The position numbers and the translations under genes are program-made. Below are positions 1 through 9,582 of a stretch of DNA of 63,826 nt, in pieces. The notes below the pieces were generated by a model. The model was not told where the DNA came from and did no database searches. It saw only the letters and a list, made by a program, of their open reading frames with translations. Where the stretch lies: the sequence record SRR20825010_708. One strand, written 5' to 3'. Each line of letters starts with the position of its first letter. The stretch's first letter is position 1.

Positions 1-16
1 GGGATTTGTAACCGTT

Positions 17-1390
17 GTGAGTAGACGACTGCTAATCGTAGAAGATGATCCGGGTTTACAAAGCCAGATGCGCTGGTGTTTCAGCGAAGATCTGGAAGTA
101 AGCGTTGCGGCTGACCGGGAGTCAGCCCTGACCGCACTGCGTCGAAGCGAACCCGATGTCATTACTCTGGATCTGGGTCTGCCTCCGGATCCAGGCGGTG
201 CAAAAGAAGGCTTTCTACTGCTTGAAGAAGTTCTTCGGTTGTCGCCCATGACCAAGATCATTGTGGTCACCGGACGGGAAGACAAGGAGAACGCCGTCAA
301 GGCCATCGGTATGGGGGCCAGTGACTTCTACCAGAAGCCGCTGGACGCGGACATTCTGACCTTCGTGGTGAACCGTGCCTTGCGATTGGCCGAACTGGAA
401 CGTGACAACCGGGAGCTGGCCCGTCAGCGTAATGGCACCAACATCAAAGGTATCGTCGCGGCCAGCCCACAGATGCTTGGCATCTGTCGCACCCTCGAAA
501 AAGTGGCCCCCACCGACGTCACTACCCTGATTACCGGTGAAACCGGCACGGGCAAGGAGCTGCTAGCAAGGGCGCTTCATGATTTGAGCCACCGCTTCGA
601 TAAACCTTTTGCGGCCATTAACTGTGCCGCTATTCCTGAGAACCTCCTTGAAAGCGAACTCTTTGGCTTTGAGAAGGGCTCGTTCACCGGCGCCACCCAG
701 AGCAAGAAAGGCAAAATCGAAAGCGCCAATGGCGGCACCCTATTCCTGGACGAGATTGGCGACATGCCCATGCCCCTCCAGGCAAAGCTGCTCCGTTTTC
801 TCCAGGAGCGCGTGGTCGATCGGGTGGGCTCGGTCAACCCGGTTCCTGTCGATGTCCGCGTGGTGTGCGCAACTCACCGGGACGTACAGCAGTTGATCGA
901 TCAGGAGACTTTCCGCGAGGACCTTTATTACCGGATCAGTGAAATTACTCTCGACGTTCCCGCACTTCGCGAGCGCGAAGGCGACGCCCTCGTTGTTGCG
1001 CAGTCGCTGTTGCAGTCATTGGGCAAACAAATGGATCGGCCCAACCTGGCCTTTACCGAAGACGCCATCAAGGCCATCAAGACACACCCATGGCCCGGCA
1101 ACGTGCGTGAAATGATCAACAAGGTGAAACGGGCCACAATCATGGCCGACGGCAAACGTGTTACCGCCGCCGACCTTGAGCTAAACTGCGACCTTGAAGG
1201 CCCCGAAAGCCAACTGAATCTCAGGCAGGTCAGGGAAAATGCGGAACGTGCCGCCATTGTGCAGGCACTGCAGTCCTGTAGCTTCAATATGGCGCAGGCC
1301 TCACGCCTGCTCGGCGTAACCCGACCAACGCTGTATAACCTGACTGATAAATATCGGATTGAAACATCCCCCGAATCGTCAGGCGCCTGA
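17..1390 (+). CDS. prsR: PEP-CTERM-box response regulator, sigma54-dependent enhancer-binding protein (REC-AAA+-Fis HTH)
   Basis: Receiver domain (LIVEDD, TLDLGLPP), Walker A GETGTGKE, ESELFGFEKGSFTGA, LFLDEIG, WPGNVRE, C-terminal HTH (ASRLLGVTRPTLY). Lies directly upstream of a TPR lipoprotein and exosortase. Confidence 0.93.
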   Translation: MSRRLLIVEDDPGLQSQMRWCFSEDLEVSVAADRESALTALRRSEPDVITLDLGLPPDPGGAKEGFLLLEEVLRLSPMTKIIVVTGREDKENAVKAIGMGASDFYQKPLDADILTFVVNRALRLAELERDNRELARQRNGTNIKGIVAASPQMLGICRTLEKVAPTDVTTLITGETGTGKELLARALHDLSHRFDKPFAAINCAAIPENLLESELFGFEKGSFTGATQSKKGKIESANGGTLFLDEIGDMPMPLQAKLLRFLQERVVDRVGSVNPVPVDVRVVCATHRDVQQLIDQETFREDLYYRISEITLDVPALREREGDALVVAQSLLQSLGKQMDRPNLAFTEDAIKAIKTHPWPGNVREMINKVKRATIMADGKRVTAADLELNCDLEGPESQLNLRQVRENAERAAIVQALQSCSFNMAQASRLLGVTRPTLYNLTDKYRIETSPESSGA

Positions 1391-1442
1391 ATAGCAGGCA
1401 AGGAATCCAGAACAAGACCCGATAAGGAAAAGGACCAGGGCC

Positions 1443-4139
1443 ATGAAGCCAGTTTCAGCAGTACGTGCCACCCTCCTCTCAGTCGCAATCTCATTCGCTC
1501 TCGCCGGCTGTGGCGACAGCAATGAGATGAGCCAGGACGACATCCAGTACCTGAGTCATATTGACCAGTCACGTTTTTTCCAGCGTCAGGGTGAACTCAA
1601 GGCGAGCACACTGGAAGCCAGGAGCGCGATCGAGCTTCAACCGGAAAAGATCGAACCGTATTTCCTGATCGTCAACAATCTCCTCAAGGCAGGCGATGCG
1701 GCCAATGCCGAACGGCACCTTAACCAGATCCTGGAGCGCCTCCCTGCAGAGCAGATCGATGCAAAGGTTCGGAACCGCGCCAGCCTGATCCTCGCAGAAG
1801 CCAATCTGCTTCAGGAAGATTTTGAAGACGCCCTGGCGGCTCTCGATGACATCACCTCCCCGGACCGACCGGTGGAAACCCAGGCGGCACTGCTGGAAGG
1901 CCAGATTTACCTGGCATCCAATGAACTTGAAAAAGCCCGCACTGCGTTCAACAGAGCACGGGAAATAGACTCCGGGGAAGTTGAATCGGTGATAGGACTC
2001 TCGAAAACAGCGTTCGCCGGCGGCGACGTATCGAAGGCCCGAAAACTGGTCACCGAGGCGGAAGAGGTCGATGAGGCGAATGGTGAATTATGGCTCTGGA
2101 AGGCCGAGCTCGCCGCTTCTCAGGAAGAGTGGCAAAAAGCGGAAGATGCCTATATCCGGGCCCTCGAAGACATCGGTCAGTACGATGTAATGACCCAGCG
2201 CAAATACGCCACTATTTCGTCCCTTATTCGCGTCCTTAGAGCCCAGGGGAAGCAGTCAGAAGCTTTCGTATACGAAGAAATACTGGCCAAGTCCGCCCCC
2301 GGTACGATCAAGAGCAACCTGATGGCCGCCCAGGCGGCAGTGGAACAGGGTGACCTCGATGAGGCCGCGCGCTATCTGGAGGAAGTTCTGGCGCAAGCTC
2401 CCAACCATGAGCAGACATCGTTGATGCTCGGCCTTGTCCGGTTCAGGCAAGGCCGGGTAGAGGATGCTGAAAAGCTGCTGGCACCCATCGCAGAAGCGGG
2501 AAATTCAGAAACCGCCAGCAAATTACTGGCCGCCGCACGGCTGCAAATGCGAAATCCAGAAGGCGCCCAGGCCATACTCTCGAATCTGGAGGACAAAGAC
2601 TCCGATCCGGAAACGCTTGCCATGGTGGCCATTGCCACGCTTGCCAGCGGCGACCTGAAAACGGGCGAAACGCTTATGGACAAGGCCCTGGCAAGCAACC
2701 CCGACAACCACCAGCTGAGGCTACGGTATGCGACCTACCTCAACCAGCGGGGTGAACATGACCGAGCGATCGCCGAGGCAACCCGGGTTCTTGAAAGCGC
2801 CCCTGAGTTGGAGCAGGCACGCAGCGTCATCGTTGAAGCTCAGGCTCGCTCTGGCAACATGGACGAGGCTGTAAAATCCGCCTCTCAGTGGATTAAAGAA
2901 GCTCCTGACAGTATCAATGCCCTGATGACCAGGGGAAGCCTTGCAGCCACCGCAGGCAATGTGGACGCGGCTAAAACAGACTTCAACAAGGCCAGGGAGA
3001 AAGCGCCAGAATCACCAGCACCGCTGATCGCTCTTGGTAGACTGGCGCTGACTCAGAACGATCAAGCGGAAGCGCAGAAGCAGTTCCGGGCAGCAGTCAG
3101 GCTCGCCCCGGATAGCCGCCAGGCGCTTCAAGGGCTGGCGACCGTTCTGGATCGCGAAGAAACCACAGGTTTCATGCGGGAGATTCTCAAAGAGAATCCG
3201 GAAGCGACCGGCCCTCGCCTGATTCTGCTTGAGGTTGCCCTCATGGATAACAATCAGCAGGAAGCGGACGATTTAACCGCCTCCCTGCTGGAGCGAAACG
3301 AGCAATCGACCCCATCACCCGCAACGCCCTTCGTTGCAGGCATCTATAGCAGCGCAGCAACCGCATTTCAGAGCTCGGGAGAAACAGCCCGGGCGGCCGC
3401 TCTCCTTGACCGGGCACGCGCACTGTTCCCGGACAACCAGGACATCGCTCTTCAAGCCGCTCAACAAGCCTTCAATGAAGGCGAGGAAGACGAAGCGCGG
3501 AGAATTATTCAGGAAACCAAACAGCAACACCCGGAATCCTCTGCGCCCTACGTGACGGAAGCCGCTTACTTCGAACGGCAAAAAGAGTATCAGCAAGCGG
3601 CTGAACTCTACCAACTCGCCCTCGACAAGCGCCCCAGCGCCGATCTCGCAAATGGATACGCGACAAACCTGCAACGATCCGGCAAGGCACAGGAAGCACT
3701 CTCTTTCCTTGAGTCCGCCCGCAAAACGTATCCCGGCAGCAACCAGCTGCTTCTTACGCTGGCGCTGCTGCAGCAATCTGAGGGCCAGTATGAAAGCGCC
3801 AAGTCGAATTATGAAACCCTGCTTGAAAGCGCACCCGGCAACGTTGTGGTGCTAAATAACCTGGCCTGGATCTATCACGAAAATGGGGACAAGCGGGCAA
3901 TCGATCTGGCGAAGCAAGCCTACGAGCTTAGCCCTGGCAACGCGGCAGTCGCGGACACCTACGGATGGATCATGCTCAAGGCCGGTAATCACGAAGCCAG
4001 TGTACCCATTCTCGAAAAGGCCCATGAACTACAACCGGAGTCGGAAGAAATCGCACTGCATCTGGCAGAGGCGTATCGAAGCGTAGGCAAAAATTCTGCA
4101 GCAAGGAAAGTGCTGGAAAAATTTGGTGGCCAGGGATAA
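1443..4139 (+). CDS. prsT: PEP-CTERM system TPR-repeat lipoprotein
   Basis: Lipobox LAGC, ~900 aa of TPR-like repeats, C-terminal LNNLAW...DTYGWI motif typical of PrsT; between prsR and exosortase. Confidence 0.88.
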   Translation: MKPVSAVRATLLSVAISFALAGCGDSNEMSQDDIQYLSHIDQSRFFQRQGELKASTLEARSAIELQPEKIEPYFLIVNNLLKAGDAANAERHLNQILERLPAEQIDAKVRNRASLILAEANLLQEDFEDALAALDDITSPDRPVETQAALLEGQIYLASNELEKARTAFNRAREIDSGEVESVIGLSKTAFAGGDVSKARKLVTEAEEVDEANGELWLWKAELAASQEEWQKAEDAYIRALEDIGQYDVMTQRKYATISSLIRVLRAQGKQSEAFVYEEILAKSAPGTIKSNLMAAQAAVEQGDLDEAARYLEEVLAQAPNHEQTSLMLGLVRFRQGRVEDAEKLLAPIAEAGNSETASKLLAAARLQMRNPEGAQAILSNLEDKDSDPETLAMVAIATLASGDLKTGETLMDKALASNPDNHQLRLRYATYLNQRGEHDRAIAEATRVLESAPELEQARSVIVEAQARSGNMDEAVKSASQWIKEAPDSINALMTRGSLAATAGNVDAAKTDFNKAREKAPESPAPLIALGRLALTQNDQAEAQKQFRAAVRLAPDSRQALQGLATVLDREETTGFMREILKENPEATGPRLILLEVALMDNNQQEADDLTASLLERNEQSTPSPATPFVAGIYSSAATAFQSSGETARAAALLDRARALFPDNQDIALQAAQQAFNEGEEDEARRIIQETKQQHPESSAPYVTEAAYFERQKEYQQAAELYQLALDKRPSADLANGYATNLQRSGKAQEALSFLESARKTYPGSNQLLLTLALLQQSEGQYESAKSNYETLLESAPGNVVVLNNLAWIYHENGDKRAIDLAKQAYELSPGNAAVADTYGWIMLKAGNHEASVPILEKAHELQPESEEIALHLAEAYRSVGKNSAARKVLEKFGGQG

Positions 4140-4148
4140 AAGGAACTT

Positions 4149-5648
4149 ATGCACACGGTTACAGGATATTCCCGGCAGTACCTGTGGTTGCTAACGGTGC
4201 CTTTGCTCGTCTTTGGGCTTTGGGCTGAATGGCAGACCTTCTTTAGCCTCTGGTACGACTCCATCATCTACAACCATGGATTCCTGGTGCTGGCCGGCAC
4301 CCTGTTTCTGCTTTACCTGAGAAGGGAGTCTCTGGCTAAGCTGCGCATCAATGCCTCTCCACTGCCCTTATTCCTGCTGGCCGGTGCCAGTGTCGTCCTG
4401 CTGCTGTCTCAGGCAGCGGACATCCGGGTGTTTCGGCTGCTGTTGGTTCCCGTGCTTGTTATTTTCTGGGGTTGGTCCATTTGGGGAAAGGGATTCCTGA
4501 AAGCCGCCGGCGGCCCGATTATGCTGCTCATATTCGCGGTACCGGTTTGGGATGACCTGTCTCCCCTGCTCCAGCACATCACCGTTTTCTTCAACAATAT
4601 CTTCCTTCAGTTGGCCGGGATACAGGCCACCATTAAGGAATTCTACATCATGCTGGAAGTGGGCACCTTCCTGGTCGAGGACGGATGCAGCGGTGTGCGA
4701 TACCTTATGGTTGCGCTCTTTCTCGCCAGTTTCTACGGGCAGCTCCACTACCGCTCATATATGGCCACGGTCCAGCTTGTCCTCATCTCCGCCTTACTGT
4801 CGATGCTGGCCAACTGGATTCGGGTCTTTGGCATTATTGCGGCCGGCCATTACACCAACATGGAAACCTCGCTGGTTGAAGACCATGAACTCTTCGGCTG
4901 GGTGGTGTTTGTTATCTTTACCCTGGTCCCCCTCTTCTATATTTCAGCGAGGCTGGACAAACCATCTGAAGATACTGTCGATACGCCAGCCGTAGCAGAA
5001 ACGTCTGAACACCCACGGTCATCCATCGCCTGGCCGGTCATTGCTTCGGTGCTTATTGTCTGGCCTTCCCTGGTACCGCTCGCCGTTCACGCGAAAACCG
5101 AAAGAGTGGCCGCGGAGTGGAACCCCATCCTGCCGGAATCAGTACCGGAATGGCGAGGCCCGCTCAGGCACGCAAACATCTGGCAACCAGACTATCAAAA
5201 ACCGGACATAGACCTGGGTGGTGTTTACGTATCCGATGACCTACAGCAGGTGCAGCTGCAGATCACCGGCTATCGACTCCAGACTCAGAACAAAGAGCTG
5301 ATTTATTTCCGCAATCGGCTTTTCGATAGCGATGACTGGACTCTCGTATCCCAAACCACGGAAGAACTGGATATTGATTCTTATCCCAGCCTGAACCGTG
5401 TGAACGAAACCATCATCAAGCGCCAGTCAAGCGAAGAACAGATCATCATCTGGTCATGGTATGACATAGGCGACACTCTTACAGACTCGCGTATCGAAGC
5501 CAAGATCACCGGTGCCTTCAAAAAGATCACCGGCGACAGCCGCGGCGCGCTATGGGCCCTGGCAGGGCGCTGTGAGGGTAACGAAATTGCTGATTGCGAC
5601 CAACAACGGGAAGCGTTTGGCCGGTTTCTTGAAAACTCGCGACGTTAA
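4149..5648 (+). CDS. xrtA: Exosortase A with C-terminal EpsI-like domain
   Basis: Multi-TM N-terminal half with YNHG and catalytic Cys (GCSGVRYL), Arg (ANWIRV) and His (DHELFGW); soluble C-terminal domain with QxQNKELI and WY motifs of EpsI. Confidence 0.92.
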   Translation: MHTVTGYSRQYLWLLTVPLLVFGLWAEWQTFFSLWYDSIIYNHGFLVLAGTLFLLYLRRESLAKLRINASPLPLFLLAGASVVLLLSQAADIRVFRLLLVPVLVIFWGWSIWGKGFLKAAGGPIMLLIFAVPVWDDLSPLLQHITVFFNNIFLQLAGIQATIKEFYIMLEVGTFLVEDGCSGVRYLMVALFLASFYGQLHYRSYMATVQLVLISALLSMLANWIRVFGIIAAGHYTNMETSLVEDHELFGWVVFVIFTLVPLFYISARLDKPSEDTVDTPAVAETSEHPRSSIAWPVIASVLIVWPSLVPLAVHAKTERVAAEWNPILPESVPEWRGPLRHANIWQPDYQKPDIDLGGVYVSDDLQQVQLQITGYRLQTQNKELIYFRNRLFDSDDWTLVSQTTEELDIDSYPSLNRVNETIIKRQSSEEQIIIWSWYDIGDTLTDSRIEAKITGAFKKITGDSRGALWALAGRCEGNEIADCDQQREAFGRFLENSRR

Positions 5649-5653
5649 TTGAC

Positions 5654-6541
5654 TTAACTCGTTTCCTTTGGAGTACTGAACTCGTTGATGAGCGCCCCCT
5701 TCACCTTCTGGTCACGCTCGATCTGATTGGTCAGATAATCCGTAATCGCGCCTGTTTCAATCTGGCGCCAGGTGGTGCGCTTGGCCGCGACATGGAACAT
5801 ATTGTGAAGGTAAAGATCCCCCTTCGATTCAAGCTTGGTTCTCGGGCATCGGGACTGCTCGATATCCGAGACCGCACGCACCATCATTTGCACTCCGAGG
5901 CGGACCACTTTTTCATATAGGCTGTTAGGGTGATCACCTTCTTCGATGTGTGGCCGGCCCTGGTATACCACATCGCCATCATCAACCCCCTCAGATACAA
6001 AATGCACAGTGGCCCCAACACACTCCGGCTCGCGATTGTGTATCGCCCAGTCTGTCGTAAACAGACCACGGTAGAACTGGGAGAGCCCCCCATGCAGGTT
6101 GAGGACGCCATATTTCGGAATCGCAAGCAGATCCGCCCTTAAAATTGAGGCACCACAAACGGCAATCACATCAGGCCGCCGGTCTCGAATCCAGGCCAGG
6201 TATTCAGGGTTATTAATCGCATTCACCCCTTGGGTGCGGAGTATTTCGACACCCTCTCCCACCTTCAGAACACGTTCCTCTTCGCCAAAGTCCAGTGAAT
6301 TCGCTGGATCGTTGTAGGGCTGGCGCGGCTCAATAAACCGCCCGTCCATAACCTCCAGAACCTTGCGAAAGAACTGACCGGGCGTAGACAGGTACTTTAT
6401 GGCTTTGGTAGCCAGCGAAGAGCGATCTTTCTCCGGTGTCTGATTTTCAACAACAACACCCACTACGTTCAGGGCCTTGGCCAGCTGATTGGCAAAATAG
6501 ATATCCGACTTGTCAGGACTGACAATCACCAGCGTCCTCAT
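5654..6541 (-). CDS. Stand-alone formyltransferase (Fmt/PurN N-terminal-like fold)
   Basis: LNLHGG (N-x-H) and GATVHFVSEGVDDGDVV motifs of 10-formyl-THF-dependent formyltransferases. Confidence 0.85.
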   Translation of the reverse strand: MRTLVIVSPDKSDIYFANQLAKALNVVGVVVENQTPEKDRSSLATKAIKYLSTPGQFFRKVLEVMDGRFIEPRQPYNDPANSLDFGEEERVLKVGEGVEILRTQGVNAINNPEYLAWIRDRRPDVIAVCGASILRADLLAIPKYGVLNLHGGLSQFYRGLFTTDWAIHNREPECVGATVHFVSEGVDDGDVVYQGRPHIEEGDHPNSLYEKVVRLGVQMMVRAVSDIEQSRCPRTKLESKGDLYLHNMFHVAAKRTTWRQIETGAITDYLTNQIERDQKVKGALINEFSTPKETS

Positions 6542-6545
6542 TGAT

Positions 6546-7682
6546 TCACTCTCCTTTCAGTCCGTCGGGACGGCGGCGTTGTTTGGCGCGTTTCCCCAGA
6601 AAACGCTTTAATACGGGTATGAGTCGGTATTCGAGCAGGTACAACAGATGAAGTTTTGGGCTACTTCCAAAAAGCTCAACGGTGCAATATGACTGGTACT
6701 CTGATGTCCAGTTACTCAGATACCAGTAGTCGTCCGCACAGGTGTAGTACTCTTTTACCAACCCGTTCTCAAATAGTCTCTTCAGTGCCGTGTACTCAAG
6801 AACAGAGCCCGGTGAATAGGCTTTATAAGACTCGTCAAAATCAGCACGTATGGGATAAACAATGTCGTCGTACTTGAGGTGAACTTCGAACGCCACCGGG
6901 CGCTCTCCATCGCGAATGATCCAGGCCGACAACAAACCGGTAGGCCCAAACGATTCGATCAGATTGTGCAGAAACCGGCGACTTCGTTCATTCGAGCGCA
7001 AATCATTGCCAACAGTCGCCTTCCAGCTGTTGGCGGAGATCTCTACCAACTCACGGACGGTGTCCTGATCGGGGCTTGAAATAGTCTCTTCATGGATGGA
7101 AAAGGCGGCATTCTTTCCAAACCGGTTCAGTTTATGGTTGAGGCTTTTCTTCAACTTCCTCGGCCGGGACCGGTAAAAGGCCTCCCACGGTTGGTCAATG
7201 CGAATAACAGGCGTGTAAAGGCTGGGTTTTTCACCGACCCGATTGTGCCCGGGTATCGAGCGGTCCTGCAGAAAGCGCTTCAGGTCACCGCTCTGGTGTA
7301 TCTTGAAGAAGAGGCCGATTTCGTCACAACCTACCTTTGTCAGCAACCCCAACACTGCGTCCCTTTCCCGACCAATCACCGCTGAATCAACGACGATGGA
7401 CGAATAGGGGGTGTGACCGTTGGCCGCAAGCTTCAGGAGTGTTACCGGAACTCCCCGATAACGCTCACGAACCCGAAAAAGTGGCGCAACCCCGACCAAG
7501 GCTCCCTCGATATAGACACACCGGAACTCCAACTGCATATTGATCGAAAAGGCGCGCCACCAAGCCTGCAGCCAAGCATGAGTCAATGGTAGAGGAATAG
7601 GGTCCAGAGTCGACAGCAACTCGTCCCATTGTGGTCTGATCTGGTTGAATGCCTCCTCCGTTCTGATAACTCTTAGTTCCAC
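6546..7682 (-). CDS. GNAT family acyltransferase, CelD/BcsL-like
   Basis: WDELL...WLQAWW N-terminus, LVGVAPL, FDESYKAYSPGSVL motif. Confidence 0.8.
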   Translation of the reverse strand: MELRVIRTEEAFNQIRPQWDELLSTLDPIPLPLTHAWLQAWWRAFSINMQLEFRCVYIEGALVGVAPLFRVRERYRGVPVTLLKLAANGHTPYSSIVVDSAVIGRERDAVLGLLTKVGCDEIGLFFKIHQSGDLKRFLQDRSIPGHNRVGEKPSLYTPVIRIDQPWEAFYRSRPRKLKKSLNHKLNRFGKNAAFSIHEETISSPDQDTVRELVEISANSWKATVGNDLRSNERSRRFLHNLIESFGPTGLLSAWIIRDGERPVAFEVHLKYDDIVYPIRADFDESYKAYSPGSVLEYTALKRLFENGLVKEYYTCADDYWYLSNWTSEYQSYCTVELFGSSPKLHLLYLLEYRLIPVLKRFLGKRAKQRRRPDGLKGE

Positions 7683-7696
7683 AGTATTCGTGTTTC

Positions 7697-8554
7697 CTAA
7701 GCGGCTGCAGACAACTTGTGTTTAACCTTGCGAAGCTGGTCCAGCACATCAATGGCGCGCCGTTTCAGCCAGAAATCAAGCAGTGGTTGTTGTAACCAGT
7801 GCCTGACACGGTTCTGCAGCCAAAAGTAGTTGACCGACACGTTGCGACCTTCCGCTTCAATGAAATGCCAGGTGCCGGCGGGAATAAAAAGTGCCTGCCC
7901 TTCTTCCAGCCAGCCGGTAATGCCCTTTGCATTGCCCAATTTCGGGAATGCCTCCAGGTCCAGCTTCTGGCAGTCGATCTTGCTGTCCACCACCCGATTC
8001 TCCAACAATGCCCGCAAACTGAATGGGCTGTATGGATACATGCAATCGCTTTGATCCGGCGCAAAGAGAATGAATCGTTTGCGCCCTTCCAACATCATCA
8101 GAAGGCTGTGGGTTTCGTCATAGTGCAACAGCGATTTATTTTTCCCGGGCCCAATGTACAGATTCGAGACCCGAAAACGGGATTCAGGCACGAACGCCGG
8201 CAACGTGACCGCAACACTGTTTGGCAGGTCCTCGGAAACACCGCGACCTTTCAGCGGCTCAAGCGCATAGCCATTCCCGGTTGTGCGCATCACCTCATCA
8301 AAATCCGCCATGGGGATGCGCTCGAAGCCCAGATAATGGTAGATGCCGTCTTCTGACTGTCGCTGTATCCGAATGGATTTAAGCGATTCTCTGAAAAAAT
8401 CGTAGTTCCAGTCCCGGATGAACGGCAAAGACTCCTCGATGCCACTCAACAACAAAGGCTGACGACGACGGATATAAGGAAGCAATCCGTCCTGTTCAGT
8501 GGGAAAGGGAATGGTTTTTATGGATTCCGGCCCGGAAAGATCAAATAAACTCAT
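7697..8554 (-). CDS. JmjC/cupin-like Fe(II)/2-oxoglutarate oxygenase
   Basis: SLLHYD...GRKRFILF...LFIPAGTWH (H-x-D...H triad), NVSVNYFW. Start moved from 8698 to ATG 8554 (RBS CAGGAA). Confidence 0.85.
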   Translation of the reverse strand: MSLFDLSGPESIKTIPFPTEQDGLLPYIRRRQPLLLSGIEESLPFIRDWNYDFFRESLKSIRIQRQSEDGIYHYLGFERIPMADFDEVMRTTGNGYALEPLKGRGVSEDLPNSVAVTLPAFVPESRFRVSNLYIGPGKNKSLLHYDETHSLLMMLEGRKRFILFAPDQSDCMYPYSPFSLRALLENRVVDSKIDCQKLDLEAFPKLGNAKGITGWLEEGQALFIPAGTWHFIEAEGRNVSVNYFWLQNRVRHWLQQPLLDFWLKRRAIDVLDQLRKVKHKLSAAA

Positions 8555-8731
8555 CGCGACTTCCTGTTTCAACAATCCACAACGCCCCGCATGAATCGCG
8601 CTAGTTAAGGTGGACCCTGCTTCTACTAATTCCCTGATTACAAAATTACCATATTCCATGGGCAATAAAGCTGCAAGCACTACCATGTGCACTGTCAACA
8701 GACTGGTCCAACCTGATCGATTGCGGGAGAA

Positions 8732-9373
8732 CTAACGTCCTACGTGATCAAACCAGGGCTGTGCCCTACTCACTCTCCACCCCTTGAACGCAACACTGAA
8801 CAATCCCAAACCAAGCGTTCGGACACTGATGTAGGTAAATCCGAACCGGAAGCCCGCCTTGCCCAGAGCCTTCCTGGATGCGCCGTTGTGAGTATCAACC
8901 GCCACGAGTGCCAGGGTCGAGGTAGAGCGATGCACGCTCAAGATCCCATCAAGCAACATCTGGAAGTACCCTAGGCCACGACACTCGGGAATGGTAGCGC
9001 AGTCCCAAATGTAGAACGCCCTATCGGGAACGGTCAGATAAAGGTCGTGTAAAATGCCAATGCAGGTGCCCGGCCCAGCTACCCAGCCCCAGGAAACCAG
9101 TTGGTTATCAACATGCATCTGGAAAAGTCGATTACCCTGGCGGGTGCGACGCAGAAACTCCTGATCAGACACCGGCAACCCGGGTTCTGTTCCGTCAGCC
9201 TCAACAATGCGGGCCGGCGCGATAGAGCTTGCATTCCTCGATAACGCCCCATCGACAACGTGCTGCGAGAGAAAGATACCGGACTTTATCTCAATCAAGC
9301 GGAGAATCCATTGCTTCAGAGGTCGTAAACAACGTTTTTTAACGATGTTTGGAAACAAGGTGTCCTTACTCAT
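8732..9373 (-). CDS. GNAT family N-acetyltransferase
   Basis: YIWDCATIPECRGLGYF acetyl-CoA-binding motif A; N-x-ASRKALGKAGF. Confidence 0.75.
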   Translation of the reverse strand: MSKDTLFPNIVKKRCLRPLKQWILRLIEIKSGIFLSQHVVDGALSRNASSIAPARIVEADGTEPGLPVSDQEFLRRTRQGNRLFQMHVDNQLVSWGWVAGPGTCIGILHDLYLTVPDRAFYIWDCATIPECRGLGYFQMLLDGILSVHRSTSTLALVAVDTHNGASRKALGKAGFRFGFTYISVRTLGLGLFSVAFKGWRVSRAQPWFDHVGR

Positions 9374-9582
9374 ACATTTCCACCGGCATCAGGGTTAACT
9401 AGAAACTGAAAGCTGTTTCAAATTCCATTTCAATCGAAAAGAAAGACTGTTATATTTTTTTAATGATGAAGGATAGCAAAGCCTAAAAGCCATCGACATT
9501 TATGTCCAAGGGTTTTAAAAAAAAGCTGCAGCGCCACTTCATTGGATCTTATAGGTACGATTGTCAAACAGGACGTTTTGTC

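Noticed and set aside
1-11. Possible 3' end of prsK (histidine kinase)
   Set aside because: Expected upstream of prsR, but only a few bases ending in TAA are visible, so it cannot be supported.
9493-9521. sigma70-like TCGACA-N17-TAAAAA upstream of the NRPS
   Set aside because: Weak match in an AT-rich region that could arise by chance; needs TSS data.
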